64,000 nt of DNA from Myxococcota bacterium (GCA_041611735.1 JBFIML010000001.1:32001-96000); one strand, 5' to 3'. Positions 1-9,255 are shown, counted from the first letter of the stretch. Numbers and translations: made by a program. The notes: a model not told the origin generated them from the letters alone.

Positions 1-2
1 TT

Positions 3-479
3 CTGCTGGTCGCGCTCCTGGCGGGCGTGGCCTGGCTGCGCGGCGGGCCGGAGATGCTCCGCGCCGGGTTCGCCGGGGGGCTCGGCCTCCTCACCCGCTT
101 CGGCCTGCTGCTGCTGGTCTCGTTCCTGGCGGCGGGCCTGGTGGAGGTGTTGATCCCTCGGGAGTCGATCCGCGGGGTCTTCGGGACCGAGTCCGGGGTG
201 CGGGGCATCCTGCTGGCCGCCGGCGCCGGCGCCCTCACGCCCTCGGGCCCCTTCGTGGCCATGCCCCTGGCTGCGGTCCTGGCTCGCGGCGGGGCCGGTC
301 CCGGCCCCCTGGTGGCCTACGTGACGGGCTGGGCCCTCCTGGCCCTGCACCGGCTGCTGGCCTGGGAGATGCCGATGCTCGGGGTGCGCTTCGCGCTGCT
401 GCGCTGGTCCGTCTCGCTGGCCCTGCCGGTCCTGGCGGGGCTCGCGGCACGGCTCCTGACGCGGGGCCCGGGCATTTGA
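3..479 (+). CDS. Predicted permease (DUF318/ArsP-like), 5'-truncated by window edge
   Basis: Hydrophobic multi-TM ORF open from the window start; contains GxLTPSGPFVAMP and GAGxGPLVAY permease-like segments. Confidence 0.6.
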   Translation: MLVALLAGVAWLRGGPEMLRAGFAGGLGLLTRFGLLLLVSFLAAGLVEVLIPRESIRGVFGTESGVRGILLAAGAGALTPSGPFVAMPLAAVLARGGAGPGPLVAYVTGWALLALHRLLAWEMPMLGVRFALLRWSVSLALPVLAGLAARLLTRGPGI

Positions 480-503
480 CCGGCGGCGCTCTTTCTGTAT
501 ATT
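476..503 (+). promoter_or_regulatory. Putative sigma70 promoter of the cold-shock-domain gene
   Basis: TTGACC (476-481), 16 nt, TATATT (498-503); AT-rich patch in a GC-rich context. Confidence 0.55.
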
Positions 504-578
504 TACCAGCTCCTTGCGGCGCCGAGCGCCTTCATGCCTCCAACTCCAACGCGGCAGGCGCCCGGGAAGCGAGACTCC

Positions 579-1049
579 ATGCTGGTCCTGGAAGACATCG
601 AACCCGGCAATCGGGTCACCCACAAGAACACCGGGCTCCGTTACACGGTCGCGGACCTGGGCGAAGCCGAGGTGCTGCTCACGCCCGAGAAGGCCGACTT
701 CGAGGACCTGCTGGTGCCGACGCAGCTCTTCTGCCAGGAGTTCGTGGCGGGCGACCGCTACAGCCAGCCGCGCAGCCGGGGGCGCGGCCGCCGGGCCGCC
801 GCCGTCCGCACGCCGACCGGCCCGAAGGCCAAGGGCCGCATCAAGAAGATGGTGCGGGATCGGGGCTTCGGCTTCATCCGGGGCGACGACGGCAAGGAGG
901 TCTTCTTCCACCGCTCCGGCCTGAACGGCGCCGACTACGATGCGCTCTCCGAGGGCGACGTGGTCGAGTACGTGATCCAGGAGGGCCCGCGGGGCCCGCG
1001 TGCGGAGCACGTCCGCTCCGTGGGCGAAGCCGCCGTCGCGACTGCCTAG
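579..1049 (+). CDS. Cold-shock domain protein with N-terminal extension
   Basis: C-terminal CSD with RNP1 RGFGFI and RNP2 VFFH motifs, ending GPRAEHV; about 85 extra N-terminal residues. Confidence 0.85.
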   Translation: MLVLEDIEPGNRVTHKNTGLRYTVADLGEAEVLLTPEKADFEDLLVPTQLFCQEFVAGDRYSQPRSRGRGRRAAAVRTPTGPKAKGRIKKMVRDRGFGFIRGDDGKEVFFHRSGLNGADYDALSEGDVVEYVIQEGPRGPRAEHVRSVGEAAVATA

Positions 1050-1067
1050 CGCGGTCTGGCTCCTGGC

Positions 1068-2714
1068 CTAGCCGCCGTAGCGGTGCACCACGGGCAGCCG
1101 CCGACCCGAGCCGAAGGCCTTGGGCGAGGTGCGCAGGACGAGCGGCATCTGGCGCCGCTTGTACTCGTTGCGATCCAGGCGTTGCACGATCTGGCGCACC
1201 AGCTCGCGCGTGGCGCCTTCGGGCGGCTCGATGTGCTCGGCCCCGTGGCCCCCTTCGATGGCCCGGGCGAGTACCGCATCGAGGATCGGGTAGGGCGGCA
1301 GATCGTCCTCGTCGCGCTGCCCCGGAGCCAGCTCCGCCGAGGGCGGCTTCTCGATCGTGCTGGGGGGAATCCGCTCGCCCGCCCGGTTGGCGTGCCGCGC
1401 CAGGGCGTACACGTCCCGCTTGTAGACGTCTCCCAGCACGGCGAGCCCGCCGACCGTGTCCCCGTACAAGGTGCAGTAGCCCACCGAGAGCTCGCTCTTG
1501 TTGCCGGTGGCCAGCACGAGCCGTCCCTCGTGGTTCGAGACCGCCATGAGCAGCCCGCCGCGGATGCGGGCCTGGATGTTCTGCTGCGCGATGCCGTAGT
1601 CGTCGCAGGGACCGAACAGCTGGCGGAAGATCTCCAGGTAGCGCTCGTACACCGGCCGGATGTCCACGAGCCGCGTCTCGATGCCGAGGTTGCGTGCCAG
1701 GGTCTGCGCGTCCCGCACGCTGTGGTCGGACGAGAAGGGGCCCGGCATCACCAGACCGAGCACGCGGTCGGCGCCCAGGGCCTGGGCCGCCAGCCAGGCG
1801 GTCACCGCCGAGTCGACGCCGCCCGATAGCCCCAGCACCGCGCCGGGAGGCAGGCCCTGCTTGCGGAAGTAGTCGCGGATGCCGAGCACCAGACCCGCCT
1901 CGAGCTGGGCCGGGCCCTCGAGCTCCGGCACCTCGTCGGGAGCCAGGTCGCAGGGAGGCGACTCGAGGTCCACCACCTCCAGGGCCGGCTCGAAGAGCGG
2001 CAGCACCGCCCGCACGCGCCCGCGCGCGTCCACCATGAAGGAGCCGCCGTCGAAGACGAGCTCGTCGTTTCCGCCAACCTGGTTGGCGAACACGATCGGC
2101 ACGCGGTGGCGGCGCGCCAGGTCGGCGAACAGCCGTCGTCGCTCCCGGGGCTTGCCCACGTGCCAGGGCGACGCCGAGAGGTTCAGCACCAGGTTCGCCC
2201 CCCGGCGCGCCAGCTCGCCCACCGGGTCCTGCGGGTAGGGGATCGAGCCCACCCAGGCGTCCTCGCAGACCGAGAGGCCCAGGGTCGTCCCGCTCCCCGG
2301 CAAGGGCACCGGCACCTGCTCGTGGGCCGGGACGAAGTGACGCTTCTCGTCGAAGACGTCGTAGGTCGGCAGCAGCGTCTTTGCTTGTACGCCGATCCGG
2401 CGTCCGCCCGCCAGCAGCAGCGCGGCGTTGGCGAGCTGCCGCGATCCCTGCCGCGGCACCGGCAGGACGGCGCCGCACGCGATGGCCACGCGCCGGGAGG
2501 CGGGCAGCAGCGCCTCGATCTCGCGCTCCTGGTCCGCCACGAAGCCCCGCCGTTCGAGCAGGTCCAGGGGCGGGTAGCCGGTCAGGACCATCTCCGGCAG
2601 CACCACCAGGTCGGCACCCGCCGCCGCGGCCTTGGTCGCCGCCTCCTCCACGAGCCGGCGGTTGGACGCCAGCGCGCCGACGGTGGGGTTCACCTGGGCG
2701 AGCGCGACGCGCAC
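1068..2714 (-). CDS. nadE: Glutamine-dependent NAD+ synthetase
   Basis: N-terminal nitrilase domain (ALAQVN, PEM, CED) plus GLSGGVDS, NIQARIR, TGNKSE, PPSAEL, EYKRRQ. Confidence 0.95.
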   Translation of the reverse strand: MRVALAQVNPTVGALASNRRLVEEAATKAAAAGADLVVLPEMVLTGYPPLDLLERRGFVADQEREIEALLPASRRVAIACGAVLPVPRQGSRQLANAALLLAGGRRIGVQAKTLLPTYDVFDEKRHFVPAHEQVPVPLPGSGTTLGLSVCEDAWVGSIPYPQDPVGELARRGANLVLNLSASPWHVGKPRERRRLFADLARRHRVPIVFANQVGGNDELVFDGGSFMVDARGRVRAVLPLFEPALEVVDLESPPCDLAPDEVPELEGPAQLEAGLVLGIRDYFRKQGLPPGAVLGLSGGVDSAVTAWLAAQALGADRVLGLVMPGPFSSDHSVRDAQTLARNLGIETRLVDIRPVYERYLEIFRQLFGPCDDYGIAQQNIQARIRGGLLMAVSNHEGRLVLATGNKSELSVGYCTLYGDTVGGLAVLGDVYKRDVYALARHANRAGERIPPSTIEKPPSAELAPGQRDEDDLPPYPILDAVLARAIEGGHGAEHIEPPEGATRELVRQIVQRLDRNEYKRRQMPLVLRTSPKAFGSGRRLPVVHRYGG

Positions 2715-2755
2715 GCGGGCAGGATCGGGGGGGCGTGCGCCGGCGTCAAGCCGGC

Positions 2756-3223
2756 TCAGGGATAGTAGACGTAGATGGCGTCGGCGACGCAGGCCGGCTT
2801 GCCGCCACCCTCGACCTCGATGTGGAGGCCGAAGGTTGCGCGGGCGCCTCCACCCGGCATGTCGCGCACGTCCTTGAGCTCCGCCGCCAGGCGCACGCGG
2901 GAGCCCGCCGGGACCGGCGCCGGCAGTCGCATCTTGTCCAGGCCGTAGTTGACGCCGAGGCGGACCCCGTTCACGCGGACGAGCTGCGGCAGCAGGGCCG
3001 GTGCCAGGGAGAGCGTCAGGTAGCCGTGGGCGATGGTCTGCTTGAAGGGCGATTCGCGCCCCGCCCGCTCCACGTCGACGTGGATCCACTGATGGTCGCC
3101 GGTCGCCTCCGCGAAGGCATCGATCTTCTCCTGGGTGACCTCGACCCAATCCGTGGGGCCGAGTCGCTGGCCCACCAGGCTCTTGAGCGAAGGAATGTCC
3201 GGTACCACCGTCGGCTGGGCCAT
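2756..3223 (-). CDS. MaoC-family dehydratase
   Basis: FAEATGDHQWIHVD and IAHG motifs, NYGLDK. Confidence 0.9.
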   Translation of the reverse strand: MAQPTVVPDIPSLKSLVGQRLGPTDWVEVTQEKIDAFAEATGDHQWIHVDVERAGRESPFKQTIAHGYLTLSLAPALLPQLVRVNGVRLGVNYGLDKMRLPAPVPAGSRVRLAAELKDVRDMPGGGARATFGLHIEVEGGGKPACVADAIYVYYP

Positions 3224-3244
3224 CGTGCTTCCCCGGGGCAACGA

Positions 3245-3733
3245 TCAGACGCGCCGCCGCATCTTACCACGCCGTCGCGGCGCCTGGCCCGTCTCCGCCA
3301 GCTGCCGCAGACCGGCCAGCCCGTCGGCCAGCGCCCGACGCAGGAACCAGCCGAGCAAGCGGCCGGTGCCCGGCACCCGGGGCCGGAAGCGCACTCGCCA
3401 GCGCACGCGCGTCTCCGGGCCGGCGGCCTCGAGCGTGACCTCGCCCTCGTGGTCGCGCACCGGTGCCCCCCCGAGCAGTCGGTAGACGAGCCGGCTGGCA
3501 GGCTCGAACACCACGATCTCCTCGTCGAGCACGAGGCCGCCGCCCCGCACGGTGCGGATCGCGCCGACGCCGTCGGGCTCCGGCTGGCCCGCCCGGCGAC
3601 GCACCACCTCGCGCACCGGCATCCAATGCGGCATGTGCTCGTGGTCGGTGAGCAGCGCCCAGATCCGCTCCGTCGGCGCGCCCACCGCGACGTGTTCCTC
3701 CACCTCCACGAAACGGGGATCCGCCTCAGCCAC
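3245..3733 (-). CDS. SRPBCC (polyketide cyclase/START-like) protein
   Basis: APxERIWALLTD..W.P, GVGAIR, E.IVVFEP..RLVY pattern. Confidence 0.8.
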   Translation of the reverse strand: MAEADPRFVEVEEHVAVGAPTERIWALLTDHEHMPHWMPVREVVRRRAGQPEPDGVGAIRTVRGGGLVLDEEIVVFEPASRLVYRLLGGAPVRDHEGEVTLEAAGPETRVRWRVRFRPRVPGTGRLLGWFLRRALADGLAGLRQLAETGQAPRRRGKMRRRV

Positions 3734-4244
3734 GCTCGATCTCGACCACCTCGTACCAGCGTTCGGTCTCGGTCCGGTGGCGCACCACCGCTGCGCGGGA
3801 GACGAGCACCGGGAAGCGCCCGTTGCGCCGCCGCACCAGCCAGGCGAGCGGACTCTCGATCACCTCCGCCACGTCGTTCACGGCCTCGACGCCCGACTCG
3901 GTCCACGCCACGAAGCGCAGCCGGCTGCGCGACCGCAGGCCGAGCCGCAGCCGCGTGCCCCGGGCGCGCTCGAGGAGACGCGCCGCGCCCTCCTCGTCGC
4001 CGAGCAGCGTGTGAGGGTCGCGCGGACGCGCCAGGCGCGCCGCCCGCAGCAGGCGTAGCACCTTGCCGAGACCCGCCACCGAGGCCACGGTCAGCTCGGG
4101 CCCGAGATCCGCCACGTCCTCGATGCGGTCGGTCCCGAGCCGCCCATGGGCCGGGCGGAAGCCGAGCCGCAATCCCTGCCGGCCGCTCTCTCGCAGCGGC
4201 TCCACCTGGGCCAGGAGGGCGCCCACCTGCCGGATCGAGGCCAT
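3726..4244 (-). CDS. Hypothetical protein
   Basis: ATG with upstream GGGGAG; overlaps the start of the SRPBCC gene; no recognisable motif. Confidence 0.6.
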   Translation of the reverse strand: MASIRQVGALLAQVEPLRESGRQGLRLGFRPAHGRLGTDRIEDVADLGPELTVASVAGLGKVLRLLRAARLARPRDPHTLLGDEEGAARLLERARGTRLRLGLRSRSRLRFVAWTESGVEAVNDVAEVIESPLAWLVRRRNGRFPVLVSRAAVVRHRTETERWYEVVEIERG

Positions 4245-4330
4245 CTCCCCAGTCTACCGGTCCCATCCCGCCCGGGGCGCCTATACTCGAGCGACCAGCC
4301 GGCTCCGAACGGCCGGCGGCAGGAGGGCGC

Positions 4331-5890
4331 ATGCGAGCACGTACCGTCGCCTCGATCTGTGTGGTCGTCTCTGCGGGCCTGGGCTTCGGGGTGGCGGGGT
4401 CGTTCCTCTACAAGGCTGCGATCGGTCTCGATCCCTCGGCCTTCCCGGCTGGCGACTGGCTCCAGCGCGTGGGGGAGCGGCTGATCCCGGACCTCCAGCT
4501 GAGCCTCCCCGGCGTGCTGCTCACCCTCGGGACCCTGCTGGCCCTCGCGGGGGGCACCTTCCTGCTGGTGCGGAGAGCGCTCCGCACGGGCCCCGGGGCG
4601 GACGTGGGCCGCCGCGGCTTTCTGACCGGCTCCCTGGGCGGGGCGCTCGCCGCCCTGGCCGCGCTCCTGGCCGGCGGCGTCGCCACCTGGCTGCGCGCCT
4701 TTCGCGGACTCGGCAACGAGGGCCGCGGCTGGGCGCCAGTGGCCGGCGAGATCTTCGGGGGCGCGGTCACCAAGACCAACCCCACCTGGGAGGAAGCCTG
4801 GCGCGGCGCCCGGGTGCGCAGCTACCGCCGTCTCGGTCGCACGGGCTGGAACGCCTCCGACATCTCGCTCGGGAGCGGCCGCATCCACGGCGAGCAGGGC
4901 GAACGCCTGGTGCGCGAGGCGGTCGACCGCGGCGTCAACTACATCGACACGGCGCCGGACTACTCGGCCACGGGGAGCGAGCAGGCGATCGGTCGCGCCA
5001 TCCGCGGCCGCCGCGATCAGCTCTTCCTCGCCACGAAGTTCTGCACGCCCCGGGGTCACCTGCCGCCCGGAACCCCGGTGTCGGCCTACAAGGCCGCCGT
5101 GGAGGGGAGTCTCGCGCGTCTCGGTACCGACCGCGTGGACCTCGTCCACGTGCACTCGTGCGACGAGATCGACCGCCTCATGGATCCGAACCTGCACGAG
5201 GCCTTCGACCGGCTGCGCGAGGAGGGCAAGGCCCGCTTCCTGGGCTTCTCGACCCACACCCCGAACCTGATCCAGGTGGCCAACCGCGCCATCGAGTCGG
5301 ACCGTTTCGACGTGATGATGCTGGCCTATCACCACGGCATCTGGCCCCGCATCGGCGAGGTGATCGAGCGGGCTCGCAGCCAGCGGGACATGGGCGTCGT
5401 GGCCATGAAGACCCTGAAGGGCGCCCGTCACCACGGCCTGGCCGGGTTCCGGGACCAGGCGAACGCCTTCTCCCAGGCGGCCTTCAAGTGGGTGCTCGCC
5501 AACGACCAGGTCTCGTGCCTCGTGGTCTCGTTCTTCGAGGAGCAGCACGCGGACGAGTACCTCTACGCGTCGGGCGCCGCGCTGATGCCCCGGGACGTGG
5601 CCATCCTGGACCGCTACGAGCAGGCCGTGCGGGGCAGCTACTGCGTCCCCCACTGCGGCGCGTGCCTGGAAAGCTGCCCGGAAGGCCTGCCCATCCACGA
5701 CGTGCTCCGCCATCGCATGTACTTCGAGGACTACGGTTGGGAGAAGCAGGCCATGGGGCTGTACGCGAAGCTGGCGAAGGACGCCTCGGTCTGCGCCGGC
5801 TGTCCCGCGCCCTGCCTGGGCTCCTGCCCGGTGGGGCTCCCGATCGCCAGCCGCATGCGCGAGGCTCACCAGATGCTGACGCTGTCGTGA
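4331..5890 (+). CDS. Membrane-anchored aldo/keto reductase with C-terminal 4Fe-4S dicluster
   Basis: AGGAGG RBS; YRRLGRTG, GVNYIDTAPDY, LATK, SLARLGTDRVDL; C-terminal CxxxCxxCxxxCP and CxxCxxxCxxxCP; internal GRRGFL. Confidence 0.88.
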   Translation: MRARTVASICVVVSAGLGFGVAGSFLYKAAIGLDPSAFPAGDWLQRVGERLIPDLQLSLPGVLLTLGTLLALAGGTFLLVRRALRTGPGADVGRRGFLTGSLGGALAALAALLAGGVATWLRAFRGLGNEGRGWAPVAGEIFGGAVTKTNPTWEEAWRGARVRSYRRLGRTGWNASDISLGSGRIHGEQGERLVREAVDRGVNYIDTAPDYSATGSEQAIGRAIRGRRDQLFLATKFCTPRGHLPPGTPVSAYKAAVEGSLARLGTDRVDLVHVHSCDEIDRLMDPNLHEAFDRLREEGKARFLGFSTHTPNLIQVANRAIESDRFDVMMLAYHHGIWPRIGEVIERARSQRDMGVVAMKTLKGARHHGLAGFRDQANAFSQAAFKWVLANDQVSCLVVSFFEEQHADEYLYASGAALMPRDVAILDRYEQAVRGSYCVPHCGACLESCPEGLPIHDVLRHRMYFEDYGWEKQAMGLYAKLAKDASVCAGCPAPCLGSCPVGLPIASRMREAHQMLTLS

Positions 5891-6987
5891 GCGACGCCGC
5901 CGCAGCGGGCCGCCTGCTCGTCTACGGGGCCACCGGCTTCACCGGGCGCCTGGTGGTGGACGAGGCCCGCAGGCTCGGCTTCGCGCCGGTGCTCGGGGGG
6001 CGCAGCGCCCGGACCCTCGAGCAGATGCGCGACGCCGTGGGCGGCGCCGAGATCCGCGTGGCAGACGCCGCGCGACCCGAGAGCCTGGCGGGCCTCTGCC
6101 ATGGGATCGGCGTGATCGCGAACTGCGCCGGGCCCTTCGCGGGACTCGGCGAGCCGGTGCTGCGCGCCGCCCTCGAGGCAGGCGCCCACTACCTCGACAC
6201 CACCGGGGAGCAGGAGTACATGGCACGCGTCATGGATGGGCTGCAGCCCGAGGCCCAGCGCCGGGGCGTGACGGCCATCGTGGCCCACGCCTTCGAGTAC
6301 GCCCTCGGCGACTGCGCGGCGCGCATCGCGATCGAGGAGACGCCGGAGGCGGCGACGCTCGAGGTGTTCAACCGGGTGGAAGGCTTTGCAGCCACCCCCG
6401 GTACGCGCCAATCGGCCCTCGAGGCCCTGGGCGGCCGGCACCTGGCGGTGGTGAACGGGCGCCGGCGTCTGGAGGCCCCAGCCTCGCAGCGCGCCACGCT
6501 GCGCTTCCCCGACGAGGACGTAGACCGGGTGGGGCTGTGCTTCGGTGGCGGGGAGGTGCTGTCGGCTCCGAGCTATGCAGCCACGCTGAGGACGGTGCGC
6601 ACCTACCTGGTGCTGCCGCCGCTCGTGGCCACCCTGGCGCCCCTGGCGTTGCGTGCCGCCGCGCCGCTGCTGCGCAGCCGCCTGCGCGGCTGGCTGGGGC
6701 ACCGCCTGGCCGGCGGGTCCCAGGGTCCGGGGCCCGAGCGGCGCGACCAGCCCTGGTGGGTGATGGCGCGGGTGCGTGCGCCAGGGGGCGGCGGCACGCG
6801 CGTCACCGTGTCGGGCTACGACTCCTACGGGATCACCGCGGTGATCGTTGCCCTCGGCGCCCGCTGGCTGCTGGAGGGGCGCTCGAAGCGGCCGGGCGTC
6901 GTCACCACGGCCCAGGCCTTCGATCCCCGGGCGTTCCTGGACGCACTGGCCGAGGCCGGTGTCGCCTGGCGGATCGACCCGCTCTAG
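5887..6987 (+). CDS. Saccharopine dehydrogenase-like NAD(P)-dependent oxidoreductase
   Basis: VYGATGFTG Rossmann motif, NCAGPF, YLDTTGE; GTGA overlap with the upstream stop. Confidence 0.88.
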   Translation: MSDAAAAGRLLVYGATGFTGRLVVDEARRLGFAPVLGGRSARTLEQMRDAVGGAEIRVADAARPESLAGLCHGIGVIANCAGPFAGLGEPVLRAALEAGAHYLDTTGEQEYMARVMDGLQPEAQRRGVTAIVAHAFEYALGDCAARIAIEETPEAATLEVFNRVEGFAATPGTRQSALEALGGRHLAVVNGRRRLEAPASQRATLRFPDEDVDRVGLCFGGGEVLSAPSYAATLRTVRTYLVLPPLVATLAPLALRAAAPLLRSRLRGWLGHRLAGGSQGPGPERRDQPWWVMARVRAPGGGGTRVTVSGYDSYGITAVIVALGARWLLEGRSKRPGVVTTAQAFDPRAFLDALAEAGVAWRIDPL

Positions 6988-7131
6988 AGGCCATCTCATG
7001 AATCCTTCGGTGGCCAGGCACGCGTCTTCGACCCGACCTGTGCGTTGCGAAGTCTCGCCGTAGCTACGGCTATGCGATCTCCGGGCGAGTTCACGCACCC
7101 GGCTCGGTCGGGGTCCACGAGATGGCCTCTA
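6985..7131. mobile_element. MITE-like non-autonomous element / inverted-repeat-bounded intergenic repeat
   Basis: TAGAGGCCATCTC at 6985 and its exact reverse complement ending at 7131; TA on both flanks; internal palindrome GCCGTAGCTACGGC; no transposase. Confidence 0.65.
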
Positions 7132-7722
7132 CGCCCGGCGCCGCATCAGCCAGGTGGGGATTCCCAGCACGCGCACCTGCTCCGCGGTCTCGAAGCCGAG
7201 CCGCTCGTAGAAGCGCACGTTCTCCGCACGGTCGGTCTCGAGCCAGGCGTCGGCACCGGACGCGTCCGCGCGGGCGCACAGGCGCTCCATCAGCCGCGTC
7301 CCGATCCCGCCGCCCTGCAGCGCGGGCTCCACCGCGACGGGTCCCACGTGCCAGTGGGGTTCCTGGGGATCGCGCTCGGCCCAGGCCGCCATGCACCGCA
7401 GGCGTCGCGCGCAGGCCCGCGGCCCGAAACGCAGCAGGGGGGGCAGGAGCCGCAGCACGTGCGAAGCCGGCAGCAGACACAGGCCCGGGGGCGCCGCACC
7501 GGCCACCCCCACCGGGAGGCCGGCGCGGCGGGCCACCAGGGGGGCGGCGGGGGCGAGCGCGAAGAAGGTGCGGAAGAAGGCCGCCAGGGCCCGCTCGCGA
7601 CGGGCCGCGTCGCGACCCCCGGCGGCCCGCTCCAGGGGGTTGGCGCACAGGGCGCGGGCCGCCAGGCTCGCGACGGGGGTCCGCTCGTCGTCGCGCAGCG
7701 CGCCGACCTCGAGCGCAGCCAT
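7129..7722 (-). CDS. GNAT-family N-acetyltransferase
   Basis: VAVEPALQGGGIG acetyl-CoA motif, WLET, NVRFYERLGF. Confidence 0.9.
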   Translation of the reverse strand: MAALEVGALRDDERTPVASLAARALCANPLERAAGGRDAARRERALAAFFRTFFALAPAAPLVARRAGLPVGVAGAAPPGLCLLPASHVLRLLPPLLRFGPRACARRLRCMAAWAERDPQEPHWHVGPVAVEPALQGGGIGTRLMERLCARADASGADAWLETDRAENVRFYERLGFETAEQVRVLGIPTWLMRRRA

Positions 7723-7730
7723 GCAGGACG

Positions 7731-9125
7731 CTAGGCGCTGCCGCCGCGGATCGCCCGCACGAAGGCCTCGTAGAGCGCCTTGTGGATCGTCTTGCGGTCC
7801 GCGCGGCCGTACTTCTGGCGGAATGCCTTCAGCGGGATGATGCCCTTGGCCATGGTCCGGTGGCCGCCGCCCACCCCGAGGCCCTCCACCACCGCCCGCA
7901 CCACCTCCCCGGCCGCCCGCACGTAGCCGACGTTGCGCACCGAGAAGACGAGGTCCGCGTTCACGAAGCCCGCCGCGATGGCCCAGTCGGCGCCCTCCGC
8001 CTGGAGCGCCAGGTCCGCCACCTGGGGGATCACGTCCTCCCGCACGCGACCCAGCACCAGGATGTGGAGCGATTCCTGGACGGACGTTCGCGCCAGGGCG
8101 CGCCCCAGGGCCTTCAGGCCATCCACGGGCAGGGCCGGACGCTCGATCCGGCGCAGCAGGGCCGGGCTGTGGCTGGCGTGCAGGAACGCGAAGGCGTCGA
8201 TGTCCTGACGGCTGGTCTCGCGTCCCAGCAGCTGGGTGTCGCTCTTGATGGCGTACAGCAGCGCCGTGGCCAGGCGGGGTCCGATGTCCAGGTTCGCTGC
8301 CCGCAGGTATTCGGTCAGGATCGTGGCGGTGGCCCCGTAGGCCGGGCGGATGTCGCGCAGGACGGCATCGTAGCCGGTGCGCTCCGGGTGGTGATCGATC
8401 ACCACGTCCACCGAGCGGCAGCGGGCCGGCACGTTGTCCCCGAAGACGTTCGGCTGCACGTCCACCAGCGCGATGCCCTGGAAGCTGTCCAGCTCGATGG
8501 CGGCGAGCGTCTGCACGTCGATGCCCAGGGCCGCCACCATGGCCCGGTTCTCCGGGCGCTTCACCTCCCCGAACGAGACGAGGGGGGCCGTGGTGCGCTT
8601 GCGTCCCAACAGGGCGCGCAGGGCATAGCCACAGGCGATGCCGTCCGGATCCGGGTCCGGCTGCAGCAGGATCGCCACCTTGTCCCGCCCGCCGAGCAGC
8701 GTGCGGAGATCCACCACGCGGCGCAGGTTCGACAGATGGGAGAACTCCTGCTCCACGTCGTCGCGGATGAGGGAGCGCAGGGCTGCCCGTCGCAGGCACG
8801 GGTGCTCCGGCATCTCCGCCTGGGTGAGCTTGTCGGACAGGACCAGGATCGGTGCGTGGCTGGCGGCCTCGGCGATGGCCGAAACGGCGGCTCGCACGAA
8901 GGAGGCCTCCTCCGAAACCAGGGCGAAGCCGTCGCCCTCCTTCGGGTTGAGCTTGGCGATGGCCTCGGCGGCCAGGCCGCCCTGGAGAGCACGGAAGCCC
9001 GGGGGGCGCGCCCGCGATTCGTCCTCGCGGGGCACCCAGGTGAGCTCCTCGCTCTCTCCGGCGCCGATCCGGCCCCACAGCCGGGCGAGCTCCGCGCCGT
9101 CACACACGATGATCCGGCGTGCCAC
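7731..9125 (-). CDS. DHH/DHHA1-family phosphoesterase with N-terminal extra domain
   Basis: PDPDG, LVD, IDHH, SDT, FSVR, GGGH motifs. Confidence 0.88.
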   Translation of the reverse strand: MARRIIVCDGAELARLWGRIGAGESEELTWVPREDESRARPPGFRALQGGLAAEAIAKLNPKEGDGFALVSEEASFVRAAVSAIAEAASHAPILVLSDKLTQAEMPEHPCLRRAALRSLIRDDVEQEFSHLSNLRRVVDLRTLLGGRDKVAILLQPDPDPDGIACGYALRALLGRKRTTAPLVSFGEVKRPENRAMVAALGIDVQTLAAIELDSFQGIALVDVQPNVFGDNVPARCRSVDVVIDHHPERTGYDAVLRDIRPAYGATATILTEYLRAANLDIGPRLATALLYAIKSDTQLLGRETSRQDIDAFAFLHASHSPALLRRIERPALPVDGLKALGRALARTSVQESLHILVLGRVREDVIPQVADLALQAEGADWAIAAGFVNADLVFSVRNVGYVRAAGEVVRAVVEGLGVGGGHRTMAKGIIPLKAFRQKYGRADRKTIHKALYEAFVRAIRGGSA

Positions 9126-9255
9126 CGTTCTCTCCGGTGCCCTGCCGTGCTGCGCAGGGCGCGGACCGGCCGATTCTAGCGCGAGCGCCCCAGCGACCGT
9201 CCGCACCGGGCGCTCCGTTTCTTCCCTGCGGGGACGAGGCGCTAGGCTCCGCCTC

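Noticed and set aside
6988-7128. Possible tRNA between convergent genes
   Set aside because: No cloverleaf, T-loop or CCA; better explained as an inverted-repeat-bounded element.
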